Shown: positions 48,481 through 56,435 of the stretch, one piece after another
Layout: every line of letters begins with the position of its first letter
How positions within the stretch are numbered: position 1 is the stretch's first letter
IMG/VR virus record: IMGVR_UViG_3300027996_000032
Location: 1 to 62,757 of that record
Strand: one strand, 5' to 3'
From: a virus
Taxonomy: Duplodnaviria; Caudoviricetes
Length of the DNA: 62,757 bases
The notes under the pieces: generated by a model
Told to the model about the DNA's origin: nothing
What the model saw: the letters and a program-made list of their open reading frames with translations, nothing else
Database searches by the model: none
Position numbers and translations under genes: made by a program

Positions 48481-48890
48481 GGGCTGTCCGATCTTGCGCC
48501 GACTGGCGTCAATCGTGCGGACGGTGGGACTACCCCGGGAGGCGACAAGCCACCGTCGCTGTGGATCCCCGTTGAGGGCCCAGGCCAGCGGGCGGCTGGT
48601 GTCGGGAACAACCTCCGCGGGATGATCACGCAGCCGGGACCATGGAGAGCTAACGAGACACCTCGATCGGCTGTGCCAAACTGCCATTGGATGACCCAGC
48701 GTCCATAGGCGTCGTTGCAGCGTCCGGAGAGGGTGGCGAGTGCTCCGTGCTGGACCCGCGACGATCGGATAGGGTCCGACAGAGCTGGCTGGGCCAGCAC
48801 CGCCCATCCCCTTTGCGGGGATTGAAACGCGACGCGCGCAGTTATCTGCACGCTTAAACAGGCCAGAGGGTTCAAACCCTCTGGCCTGTT
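48481..48890 (+). ncRNA. candidate ~410-nt highly structured ncRNA
   Basis: no credible ORF; many nested helices and two possible pseudoknots (see findings). Confidence 0.6.
48857..48890. terminator. perfect 14-bp hairpin between convergent units, probable terminator or 3' end of the ncRNA
   Basis: AACAGGCCAGAGGG-TTCAAA-CCCTCTGGCCTGTT. Confidence 0.65.
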
Positions 48891-48899
48891 GCGCTGGTG

Positions 48900-49088
48900 C
48901 TACCTGTCGACGCGTGACGAACCGAACTCCACACTCACCGACTCCACCTTGAACGACAACATGGGGTGCGTCTCGATCATCGCCTTGATGCGCTCCTCCG
49001 CCCGTAGTTCTCGTATTCCGGGTAGCCCTGAAACCTCACCGTCGCTGCGAGTTGCTTTGGTTCTTCCACCTCGTTCCTCCTGCGCCAT
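48900..49088 (-). CDS. small hypothetical protein
   Basis: 62-aa ORF after the TopIB-like gene. Confidence 0.35.
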   Translation of the reverse strand: MAQEERGGRTKATRSDGEVSGLPGIRELRAEERIKAMIETHPMLSFKVESVSVEFGSSRVDR

Positions 49089-49106
49089 GTCACCACACCA
49101 TAACCG

Positions 49107-49967
49107 CTAGGGCTGGTGGTGGTCATCGAACGGGTCGGAGCGCTTCACAGCATCCAGGTGCCCACCAAAGTCGTCGTGTGACTCCATGCTCTTGGGGACG
49201 ACCCCATACCTGCCGTGAGCCTTTCGCGTGGTGGCGTCCACATCGTCGAGCTCGACGCCAGACTTGAAGGCCGCGCGCTCGGCGTGTCTCTCCGCCTGCT
49301 GCTTCGTCTTCGGGCGCCCCAGCTCGGCGACCTCTTTGGACCATCGCCGCGTGGCGTGGTGCCCCCTGACACCATCCATGCCGGCGCCGAGGTGGTCCTT
49401 CAGGTATTCCTCCACGTGGTCGGCCTCGACGGCCCGTGGTGAGCCGTCGTGCCCCGCCCCTTCGAAGACCTGCCCCACCTCGCGACCTTCGAGCGCCGCC
49501 CGAAGCCATGCCGCAAGGCGGGCGTCCTCGACTTCGTGGTGGGGCTGCGACGCCGCACGCACCGACACCTTGGTGCCGTCCACCTTGATCTCGTTGGCCG
49601 TGATGTGGTGGATGTGGCGGCCCGCATACTGGGTGAGCAGCGCACATGCAGCGCGCGCAGCTATGGGGCTCGTCGCGCCGAGGCGTAGATCTCGGTACGC
49701 ATGGGCGCGGAACTTCGGGATCTCCGCGTGGTGCCTCCGGAGCTCCGCGAACCCCGCACCCGCGTCGCTGTGTTCCTTCGCCTTCGCTCGCCCCTCGTCG
49801 TGAGAGGGCCCACCGCTTCCGGAGTGCTCGACGTAGTGCCCGTGATGGACGCGATGGGTCGCGCCCTCGTCGTCCTGGACTGTGACACCGTGGCGGCCTG
49901 GCTTGTGGACCAGCCGCCCGGTGTGTGGTTTCCCCGTCTGCGGGTGTCGGAACTGGACCCGCTTCAC
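49107..49967 (-). CDS. SH3/KOW-like N-terminus plus degenerate topoisomerase IB-like catalytic domain
   Basis: IPKFRAHAYRDL...ACALL...IKVDGTKVSV...EVEDARLAAWL...QVFE...VEEYLK...VRGHHAT matches the TopIB core by eye; no RxGNE or YIDP. Confidence 0.55.
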   Translation of the reverse strand: MKRVQFRHPQTGKPHTGRLVHKPGRHGVTVQDDEGATHRVHHGHYVEHSGSGGPSHDEGRAKAKEHSDAGAGFAELRRHHAEIPKFRAHAYRDLRLGATSPIAARAACALLTQYAGRHIHHITANEIKVDGTKVSVRAASQPHHEVEDARLAAWLRAALEGREVGQVFEGAGHDGSPRAVEADHVEEYLKDHLGAGMDGVRGHHATRRWSKEVAELGRPKTKQQAERHAERAAFKSGVELDDVDATTRKAHGRYGVVPKSMESHDDFGGHLDAVKRSDPFDDHHQP

Positions 49968-49988
49968 GGTCGCCCCCTAATCAGCTAA

Positions 49989-50597
49989 TCAGTCGAAGGT
50001 GATGGCCGCGACGGCCGCGGGTCCACCCTTCAGCCCGCCAGTGGTCCCCACGGGGTAGATCGCCAGGTACAGCGTCGCGCCAGAACCAGACGCGACATCC
50101 GTGGCGCTGATCACCGCGGCACCAGCGGCGTCCGTGGTGAAGAGCAAGGTAGGCTTCGCCGTGGCGGACACCTCGGCGCCAGCGCCGGTCTCTGCGAGGG
50201 TGAAGGCGCCCACCAGGCTGTCAAGCATGTTGGCGTCGTAGAGCTTCGCCACGTACTGCGCCGCCTGCGCGGGTCCCGCGATGGTGACGGCGATCACGTC
50301 CGCGGCCTCGACGCCCACGGTGAGCGTGAGCGGCGTCGCGAGCTCGTCCAGGGCAGCGGCGACCGTGGCACCCACAAGGGATGCGTTCGCGTCCTGGTAC
50401 CCAATCAGCGCCGCTCCAGCGCCAGCTGCAGCGCTACCGAGCTGCACGATGTCTGTGATCAGGCCGTTGATGGTGGTTCCGAGCGACAGGGTTCGGACAT
50501 CGCTGCTCACGGCGCCGCCGACGGGGGATCCCGAGAGCTTCCCGTCGAGCCAGTCGATCAGCCGAGCCGTGAGCGCTGTGGTGGTAGTGAATGGCAT
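49989..50597 (-). CDS. Ala/Thr/Gly-rich putative virion (head fibre/decoration) protein
   Basis: composition; GAGALIG-like GAALIGYQD motif; GGAGG RBS. Confidence 0.55.
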   Translation of the reverse strand: MPFTTTTALTARLIDWLDGKLSGSPVGGAVSSDVRTLSLGTTINGLITDIVQLGSAAAGAGAALIGYQDANASLVGATVAAALDELATPLTLTVGVEAADVIAVTIAGPAQAAQYVAKLYDANMLDSLVGAFTLAETGAGAEVSATAKPTLLFTTDAAGAAVISATDVASGSGATLYLAIYPVGTTGGLKGGPAAVAAITFD

Positions 50598-50621
50598 GAT
50601 ACCCCTCCGCCTTTGCGCCTA

Positions 50622-51011
50622 TTACGCCGGCTTTTCGATGATGTAGACCTTCAGCTTGGACGGCGTGACGCCGTTGCCCGTCAGCAACACGGACGTGCTG
50701 GCGACCTTCTTTGTGGAGACGTGGCCCCACACCTCGAGCTTCCGGATGTCCGTCAGGAGCGTTTCGCCCCCGGCGAGCCGGAGACTGAACTCGTTGTCTT
50801 CGGAGACGATGAGGAGACCGATCGCGTTGGTGAACGTGACCGCGAGGTCGGTGTCACCGGACAGCAGGTAGATGGATGCTACCGAATGAGCGGTGTAGCC
50901 GGAAAGGACAAGACCACCGGTGAGGCGGTCCGTGTCGAGGCTTTCGGAGGCTTTGTTGCCGGCGTCATCGAGGAAGTCCACGATGCCGCGATTGCTGGCT
51001 GACTTGCTCAC
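50622..51011 (-). CDS. putative virion structural protein
   Basis: GTG start after GGAGG; beta-rich. Confidence 0.5.
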   Translation of the reverse strand: MSKSASNRGIVDFLDDAGNKASESLDTDRLTGGLVLSGYTAHSVASIYLLSGDTDLAVTFTNAIGLLIVSEDNEFSLRLAGGETLLTDIRKLEVWGHVSTKKVASTSVLLTGNGVTPSKLKVYIIEKPA

Positions 51012-51254
51012 CCGGGCCTCCGTCCGCCGTTCGGCGCATGATCCGCGCATCCGGGGCGATCCGTGTAACGTATAGCAGGTGCGTCGCCGTGTGACTACGC
51101 GCAGCGCCGAGCGTGGTAGCCTCTGGATGGCGCCGGGTGGCGAACTGTCAGCCCCCGTCGCTCGTCGCCTCGGGTCGGTAAGCGTCCGGTGCGCGCCGTC
51201 CGTCTATCCCACGGGCGGCGCGCTGACCGGGTGGTGCGATGCTACGATCCCGGT

Positions 51255-51545
51255 ATGCCAGACGACCCACGCACCCCCAAACCGCCTCAGCAGAAGCGCG
51301 GTGGTGGCGTTGGCACAGGCGCCTTCACCATGGTGCTCGACCACCTCAAAGAGGATCGGAACAGGGACGCCGAACAGCAGGCCGCTACGATCCTCGCGAT
51401 GGAGCGCTCGCACCGCGCACTGATCTACGTCATCGGCGGTCTTGTCGTCGTTCTCGCCATCCTCGTCGCCGGCGTCGTTGGTGTTGGCGTCACCGGGAAG
51501 GTTCCAGGTCTCGGCGAGATCGAGGTCGTGCAGCCGCAGCCGTGA
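51255..51545 (+). CDS. small single-TM protein (holin/antiholin-like candidate), antisense to the late operon
   Basis: TM segment ALIYVIGGLVVVLAILVAGVVGV; TGcTACGAT extended -10 six nt before the ATG (leaderless). Confidence 0.55.
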   Translation: MPDDPRTPKPPQQKRGGGVGTGAFTMVLDHLKEDRNRDAEQQAATILAMERSHRALIYVIGGLVVVLAILVAGVVGVGVTGKVPGLGEIEVVQPQP

Positions 51546-52700
51546 CTACCGCAGCCGGCCACCGTCCGCCTTCACTCTTTCCGCGAGACTTCGAGCGCCA
51601 CGCTTGATCCGCTCGATGTACAGGATCGCCGCCCCTTCTGTGCAATTCGGGTGAACGGGCCCAATGACCGGCCCCCACTGTGCCGCGGGGAGACGGAAGT
51701 TTGCGCCCGCGCGCTCCCTCGCTTCCAGGGTGGACACCCTGTAGAGGTGCGGATCCGTGTTCGGGCCCCAAATCCGCTTGCAATGCTTGCATGCGGTACG
51801 AGCCACCAGCTTGTACACCCTTGGGTCCTTCCCGAGACCCAACTGGATGGCTTGCTCCTTCAGCCGGACCCAGGCGCCCTGAGCGTGGGCGTTCACCAAC
51901 TCGGTGCGCGCAACCCGGGTCATGTTGTTGACCAGGGCTGTGCCCTTCGCGGCCTCCTTGAGTTCCCGCCCCAGGGCTGCCACAGAGAGGCGACCCCGGT
52001 ATCCGGCCTCGATGGTGCTCCGCATGGCGGCGAGTTCGTCACCAGACAGCGCGCGGTCCGCCTCGGCCACCACCCGCCACGCCTCACCCGTCCACTCGTG
52101 AGCGGGGCGCCGCATGTAGATCGCGGCGCGGCGTCGGATGTACCGCACCGCCGCCTCGTCCTTTGGCGTCCACGGTCCCGCCACCCCATCCTTCACCAGT
52201 CGCGCGAGCGTCTTCGTCGACTTCGGCCGCTCTGGTGGCGACGCGAGCGTCTCAAGCTGGCGCCCGATGCGGTAGGAGACCTCAATCCATGAGGTGTCGG
52301 ACAACTCCGGGGAGATCAGCCCCGCGGTTTCCAGCCTCCTACGCTGGTGCTCGGCACCCGCGGGACGAGCGAACCGGATCAGCATGGCAAGGGAATGATC
52401 CTCAAGGAGCGCCATCAGGACCCGCTCGCGCGCCTCCGTCAGCGGGAACAACTGCCCCCGGCCGTGCAGGTCGGTCACCTGGGCAATGAGCTTGTCTCCC
52501 CAGCGCGCCCAGTCCTTCCGAGCCAGGCGGATCAGCTGGAACAGCTCCGGCAGCCGGGGATCGTCACCCTCGCCGTCGTCGTGGACGTGAGCCTTGAGCA
52601 TCGAGGTCAGCCCAAGGTGGGCCGCCAGGCCGTGCAGGAGCGCCGGGTAGTCGGACCGCTCCACACCATCCAGGCGCAGGCCCACGTCGAGAGAGCTCAT
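51546..52700 (-). CDS. MuF / SPP1 gp7-like minor head protein
   Basis: RVARTEL..AHAQG, ACKHC, GPVHPNC motifs. Confidence 0.8.
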   Translation of the reverse strand: MSSLDVGLRLDGVERSDYPALLHGLAAHLGLTSMLKAHVHDDGEGDDPRLPELFQLIRLARKDWARWGDKLIAQVTDLHGRGQLFPLTEARERVLMALLEDHSLAMLIRFARPAGAEHQRRRLETAGLISPELSDTSWIEVSYRIGRQLETLASPPERPKSTKTLARLVKDGVAGPWTPKDEAAVRYIRRRAAIYMRRPAHEWTGEAWRVVAEADRALSGDELAAMRSTIEAGYRGRLSVAALGRELKEAAKGTALVNNMTRVARTELVNAHAQGAWVRLKEQAIQLGLGKDPRVYKLVARTACKHCKRIWGPNTDPHLYRVSTLEARERAGANFRLPAAQWGPVIGPVHPNCTEGAAILYIERIKRGARSLAERVKADGGRLR

Positions 52701-53107
52701 GCCTCACCGTCCACCAGTGCCGCGAGCTCGGGGCCCACATCGAGGTCGTGAAGACTGCCAGCGTGGGTACTCACCAGCTGCGCCAGGAGGTCCCCCGGCG
52801 TCATGTCTTCGCTCGCCGCCACCTCCAGGAACGCCTCTGGTGAGCAGCTCCGACACGCGGGGGGGGCATCGATCATCGGTTCCATGCGGGTTCTGCATCG
52901 CATGCAGAGGGCGACGGGCACGGGCCCCTCCACTCGGCCGAGCCGATTTAGCCAGGTGTGATCCATAGGTTGGTAGCCGTCAACTCGTCGACGGATCGCG
53001 CGGCGAGCCCCCGTCGTCGTGTGCTCCTGGTAGGCCCACACCGAGGTGCTGTGGTGTGTTTTCCATCCGAACCCGAGGTGCCGCAGCGCTCTTTGTAGCC
53101 ACATCAT
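52697..53107 (-). CDS. hypothetical protein with Cys4 motif
   Basis: CMRC...CRSC; coupled to neighbours. Confidence 0.45.
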   Translation of the reverse strand: MMWLQRALRHLGFGWKTHHSTSVWAYQEHTTTGARRAIRRRVDGYQPMDHTWLNRLGRVEGPVPVALCMRCRTRMEPMIDAPPACRSCSPEAFLEVAASEDMTPGDLLAQLVSTHAGSLHDLDVGPELAALVDGEA

Positions 53108-53979
53108 GCGTCCCACCAAAGAATGAAACCAAGGATGTCCGTCAGATCTCGCTCCCTCACGGCCACCATGTTCGACACGTTGGCGTCCACGCTCGACACC
53201 TTGCCCGGCTTCGCCGAGTACAGCGTCACCGCGACATGCCCCGCCCAGTGTCCGGCAGGTACTTCGCCTGGATCATCGGAACCCGACAGCCCGCGACGCA
53301 TGATCAACAGCGAGCCAGGCGGCACCACCTGGTCTGTGGTGGCGATCACCTCGTCGACGGAGAGGAACACGCCGCGCTCCAGCGCCCACTCATACGCCTG
53401 TTTCGCGCCACCGAGCCACACGCCGAGCGGTGTGGCTGCCCACACGCCCCGGTCCGTGGCGTCAACGACACGATGACCACCGCAGCCGCGGCGAACCCAG
53501 TGAGAGGCCGCCATGCCGCACCAAGGGAGGCCACCACCGGCCCCGATCTGCCAGTACTCGCGGTAACCGTCGACGAGGTGGGCGATCTCGGGTCCCAGGT
53601 TGCTGTCCCCGGCCTCCCGAGCCCCCAGGTCGTCCAGGCCGGCGAATGCCGTGGCAGCCGCGCAGTCCGGCAGCTCGACGCCATGCGAGATCGCCCAGTG
53701 CTCGAGGCCGTCATCCACGAGCGCCATCCACTGAGAGCGCCCCTCCTCCACGACCGCCGCAGGAGGCACCGCCCGCCCCTCGACCAGGAGGGCGTCCCAC
53801 GTCCGTGGGCCGACGATGCCGTCAGCTCCCAGTCCAGCCTGCATCTGGAACGTGACCACCGCGCGACGGGTGCCGCCACCGAAGACACCGTCGACGCCGA
53901 CGGGTAGGCCATGCACCGCGAGGCGCTCCTGAGCGTACGTCACCGCACTTCCGCTGCTGCCTTGTCTGATCGTCTTCAA
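53104..53979 (-). CDS. endolysin: peptidoglycan-binding domain plus CHAP amidase
   Basis: IRQGSSGSAV...DGVFG..T..AV..FQ...GL.ADGIVGP.TW; PWC, GHVA, DAN catalytic motifs. Confidence 0.85.
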   Translation of the reverse strand: MKTIRQGSSGSAVTYAQERLAVHGLPVGVDGVFGGGTRRAVVTFQMQAGLGADGIVGPRTWDALLVEGRAVPPAAVVEEGRSQWMALVDDGLEHWAISHGVELPDCAAATAFAGLDDLGAREAGDSNLGPEIAHLVDGYREYWQIGAGGGLPWCGMAASHWVRRGCGGHRVVDATDRGVWAATPLGVWLGGAKQAYEWALERGVFLSVDEVIATTDQVVPPGSLLIMRRGLSGSDDPGEVPAGHWAGHVAVTLYSAKPGKVSSVDANVSNMVAVRERDLTDILGFILWWDA

Positions 53980-53980
53980 T

Positions 53981-56023
53981 TCACCCCTCCTCGTGGACGC
54001 GCACCACGGTCACCCGAGCCGCCTTCTGCATCGGTTGGCCTGGCTGCCCAGGCATGCCCGGTGGGGGTCCACCAGGAGCCCCAGGCGGGCCACCAGGCTG
54101 GGGCTGCGGGGGTTGGCCGGGTGGTTGCTCACCGAAGGGACCGGGAGGCGCACCTGGACCACCGAAGCCGTCGCCGTCCTCCTCCTGGCCGTCATCCATC
54201 GCCTGTTGCTGCAGCATGCCGATTGCGGTCTGGTTCAGAATGTTGTTGTACGGGTTTGCTCGGTACTTCTTGAGCATCTCCAGCTTCTTCTCGGTCTTCT
54301 TCTTCTTCTTGTCCTTCTTCTTGTCCTCAGGCGACGCCTCGGGCTCCTGCCCCTGCCCCTGGGGATCCTCCTGCCCCTCCTGGTCGTCGGGCTCCTCCTG
54401 GTCGTCGTCGGCGTTCTGGGGGAACCCCTCCCCCTCGCCCTTCTCCATCGCCTGGGGTGGCCCTTCCTCGTCGTCGTCGTCGTCGTCGCTCATCATGTCG
54501 CGACGCTCCAGTTCCTCAAGGGCCCGAAGGTCGGCGGGCTCGATCCAGAACCCCAAGGGGGTCAATCCCTCCAGCAGGCGCACCTCGTTGGGTGTGCGGC
54601 GCGACCTGGTCTCGATCTCCGCGACCTCCGCATCCTCGCGGCCGTTCACGTCGCCGTACTCCCACACCAGGCGCAGATCTGGATGGATCCGCGCCAGCAT
54701 GGGATCGAAGATCGAGTCGGTCAGGTGGCCCACATCAGCCTGTAGGCCCTCCGCCTTGGCCAGCGAGATCTCCATCTCCCGGTTCGGAGCGTTCAGCGTG
54801 GGACCGGCGCCACCGCTCCAGGGCTTCGCGTTGATGACGCTGGGATCCATCCTGTAGTGCGAGCACATGAGCGACACGATCAGGGAAAAGTAACCCTCGA
54901 ACCCCATCTCGGTGACGGGGGGCTTGAGGTCGATCTTCGTGATCGTGCCGTCCTGTGGGAGCGGCATGATCGGCGGCTGGTGAGCGCGTCGGACACCCTG
55001 CGACGCCTGGCGCAGCAGGTCCACGAAGGCGTCGAGATCCTGATCGTGGACGTTGCCGGTGATCCCGAGGATGAAATCGGACATCATGCCGCGCGTGAAG
55101 AGTGAGCTGTTGTACGTCCAGGTGTTGAGCCCGGCAAGCAGCGTTTCCGCGCTGTATTCCACATGGCTCGGCTGGTACGCGGCGTGTCGCACGTCCGTGG
55201 TCGTGTAGCGCTGCCCCATGATCAGGCGGCCGGGACGGAAGACCCCCTCCATCACGCCCTCACGCACCAGGACATACTCGGCGGTGCGGATGTCGTGACC
55301 CACATCAGCCGCGATCATCTCCAGGCACTCCTCGTCGGTGATGCCCGCATAGCCTTCGTCGAACCCAGGATGATCCGCGATCCATCGTTCGAGGTAGAAG
55401 AGAGTGGGCCACACCAGCGCCCCGTCCACGGGGCGCCAGCCCACGACGTAGTGCGGATCGTAGTCGCTATACAGCAGCTCCACACACGGCCGGTTGATGG
55501 TGAGAAACTCCTCTTCGAGCTGCACAAGGGCCGCTCGGAACGTCGTGCAATACCGTGCGGACGGCTTCGCGATCTGGCGAGCGCCGGTCGCGATCAGGCG
55601 CTCGAACCCCTCCGGCGGCGTGGCGTCCGCCTCCTCGTGGTCCTTGTGCACCACCCGCCAGCCCACCGAGCCTTTCTTGCCGCGGTAGGGACGACACAGC
55701 CTCGCGACCTGGTGCTGCCGCGCGGCGTGGATGGCGCTCGTGATCACGCTCTCGCGACGGATGCGGCGGAGCACGTCCAGGGGGAGCTCGCTCTGGCCAG
55801 TCGACTTGTCGATCCCCATGCCGCCGCCGTCTCGGTGCACGTACCGGGCGGTCGAGGGCATGCGCGGCTTCGTGGCCTCCCGAATGGAGCGATCCCGCAT
55901 GGTCCGGATCACGTCAGGCGGCACGTAGACGCCACCCTCGACGCTCTGGCGCAACCCCGCACCGAGCAACGTTTGCACGGGGCTCTGCTTCAGCATGGGC
56001 ACCTGGCCCGCTCTACCTGCCAT
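53981..56023 (-). CDS. portal protein with low-complexity C-terminal extension
   Basis: LDVLRR, W.PVDG, EMGFEGY...MCSHYRMDPS.IN, SLAKAEGL, TPNEVRLLEGL portal motifs. Confidence 0.85.
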   Translation of the reverse strand: MAGRAGQVPMLKQSPVQTLLGAGLRQSVEGGVYVPPDVIRTMRDRSIREATKPRMPSTARYVHRDGGGMGIDKSTGQSELPLDVLRRIRRESVITSAIHAARQHQVARLCRPYRGKKGSVGWRVVHKDHEEADATPPEGFERLIATGARQIAKPSARYCTTFRAALVQLEEEFLTINRPCVELLYSDYDPHYVVGWRPVDGALVWPTLFYLERWIADHPGFDEGYAGITDEECLEMIAADVGHDIRTAEYVLVREGVMEGVFRPGRLIMGQRYTTTDVRHAAYQPSHVEYSAETLLAGLNTWTYNSSLFTRGMMSDFILGITGNVHDQDLDAFVDLLRQASQGVRRAHQPPIMPLPQDGTITKIDLKPPVTEMGFEGYFSLIVSLMCSHYRMDPSVINAKPWSGGAGPTLNAPNREMEISLAKAEGLQADVGHLTDSIFDPMLARIHPDLRLVWEYGDVNGREDAEVAEIETRSRRTPNEVRLLEGLTPLGFWIEPADLRALEELERRDMMSDDDDDDEEGPPQAMEKGEGEGFPQNADDDQEEPDDQEGQEDPQGQGQEPEASPEDKKKDKKKKKTEKKLEMLKKYRANPYNNILNQTAIGMLQQQAMDDGQEEDGDGFGGPGAPPGPFGEQPPGQPPQPQPGGPPGAPGGPPPGMPGQPGQPMQKAARVTVVRVHEEG

Positions 56024-56426
56024 GTCGACCCCTATGCTTCAGATCGTCTCGGACCCTCATCTCTACCGCCCAGGTAGCCCCACACGCCGGACACGTCCGG
56101 CGGAACGGCAACCGGAGGTGCCCCAACTGCTGCTCGATGCCGCGTGCGAGCATCATGCAACACCGGCGTCCCTGCAGGATCTCAAGGCCCGAAGCCGTGC
56201 GGCTCTCACCTCGATACGCGTTCTGCTGCAGCCACGCACTCGGGCGTCGCTTGCCTCCACCGGGGTCGCCCAGGTGTTCGATGATCTCGGCGATCGGCGC
56301 CAGCCTGTCCTCCACGAGCACCATGGTGGGTGCGGCCCGGGATGGCAGCCCGGAGAACTGGCCGGCGCTCTCCTCCTCGTCGAAGATGGCGCGCCGCATC
56401 GCGAGACGGGCAGAATCAGAGAGCAT
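56013..56426 (-). CDS. hypothetical protein with C-terminal Zn ribbon
   Basis: CC...CPAC; between terminase and portal. Confidence 0.5.
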   Translation of the reverse strand: MLSDSARLAMRRAIFDEEESAGQFSGLPSRAAPTMVLVEDRLAPIAEIIEHLGDPGGGKRRPSAWLQQNAYRGESRTASGLEILQGRRCCMMLARGIEQQLGHLRLPFRRTCPACGATWAVEMRVRDDLKHRGRHGR

Positions 56427-56435
56427 CGGGACACC

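Noticed and set aside
48381-48875. Minus-strand ORFs across tRNA-Ile and the structured region
   Set aside because: They overlap a canonical tRNA and have no protein-like features or RBS.
48481-48890. tmRNA, RNase P or self-splicing intron identity for the structured region
   Set aside because: No GGGG...CCA tRNA-like ends or credible tag frame, no GAGGAAAGUCC, and no recognisable group I core or group II domain V.
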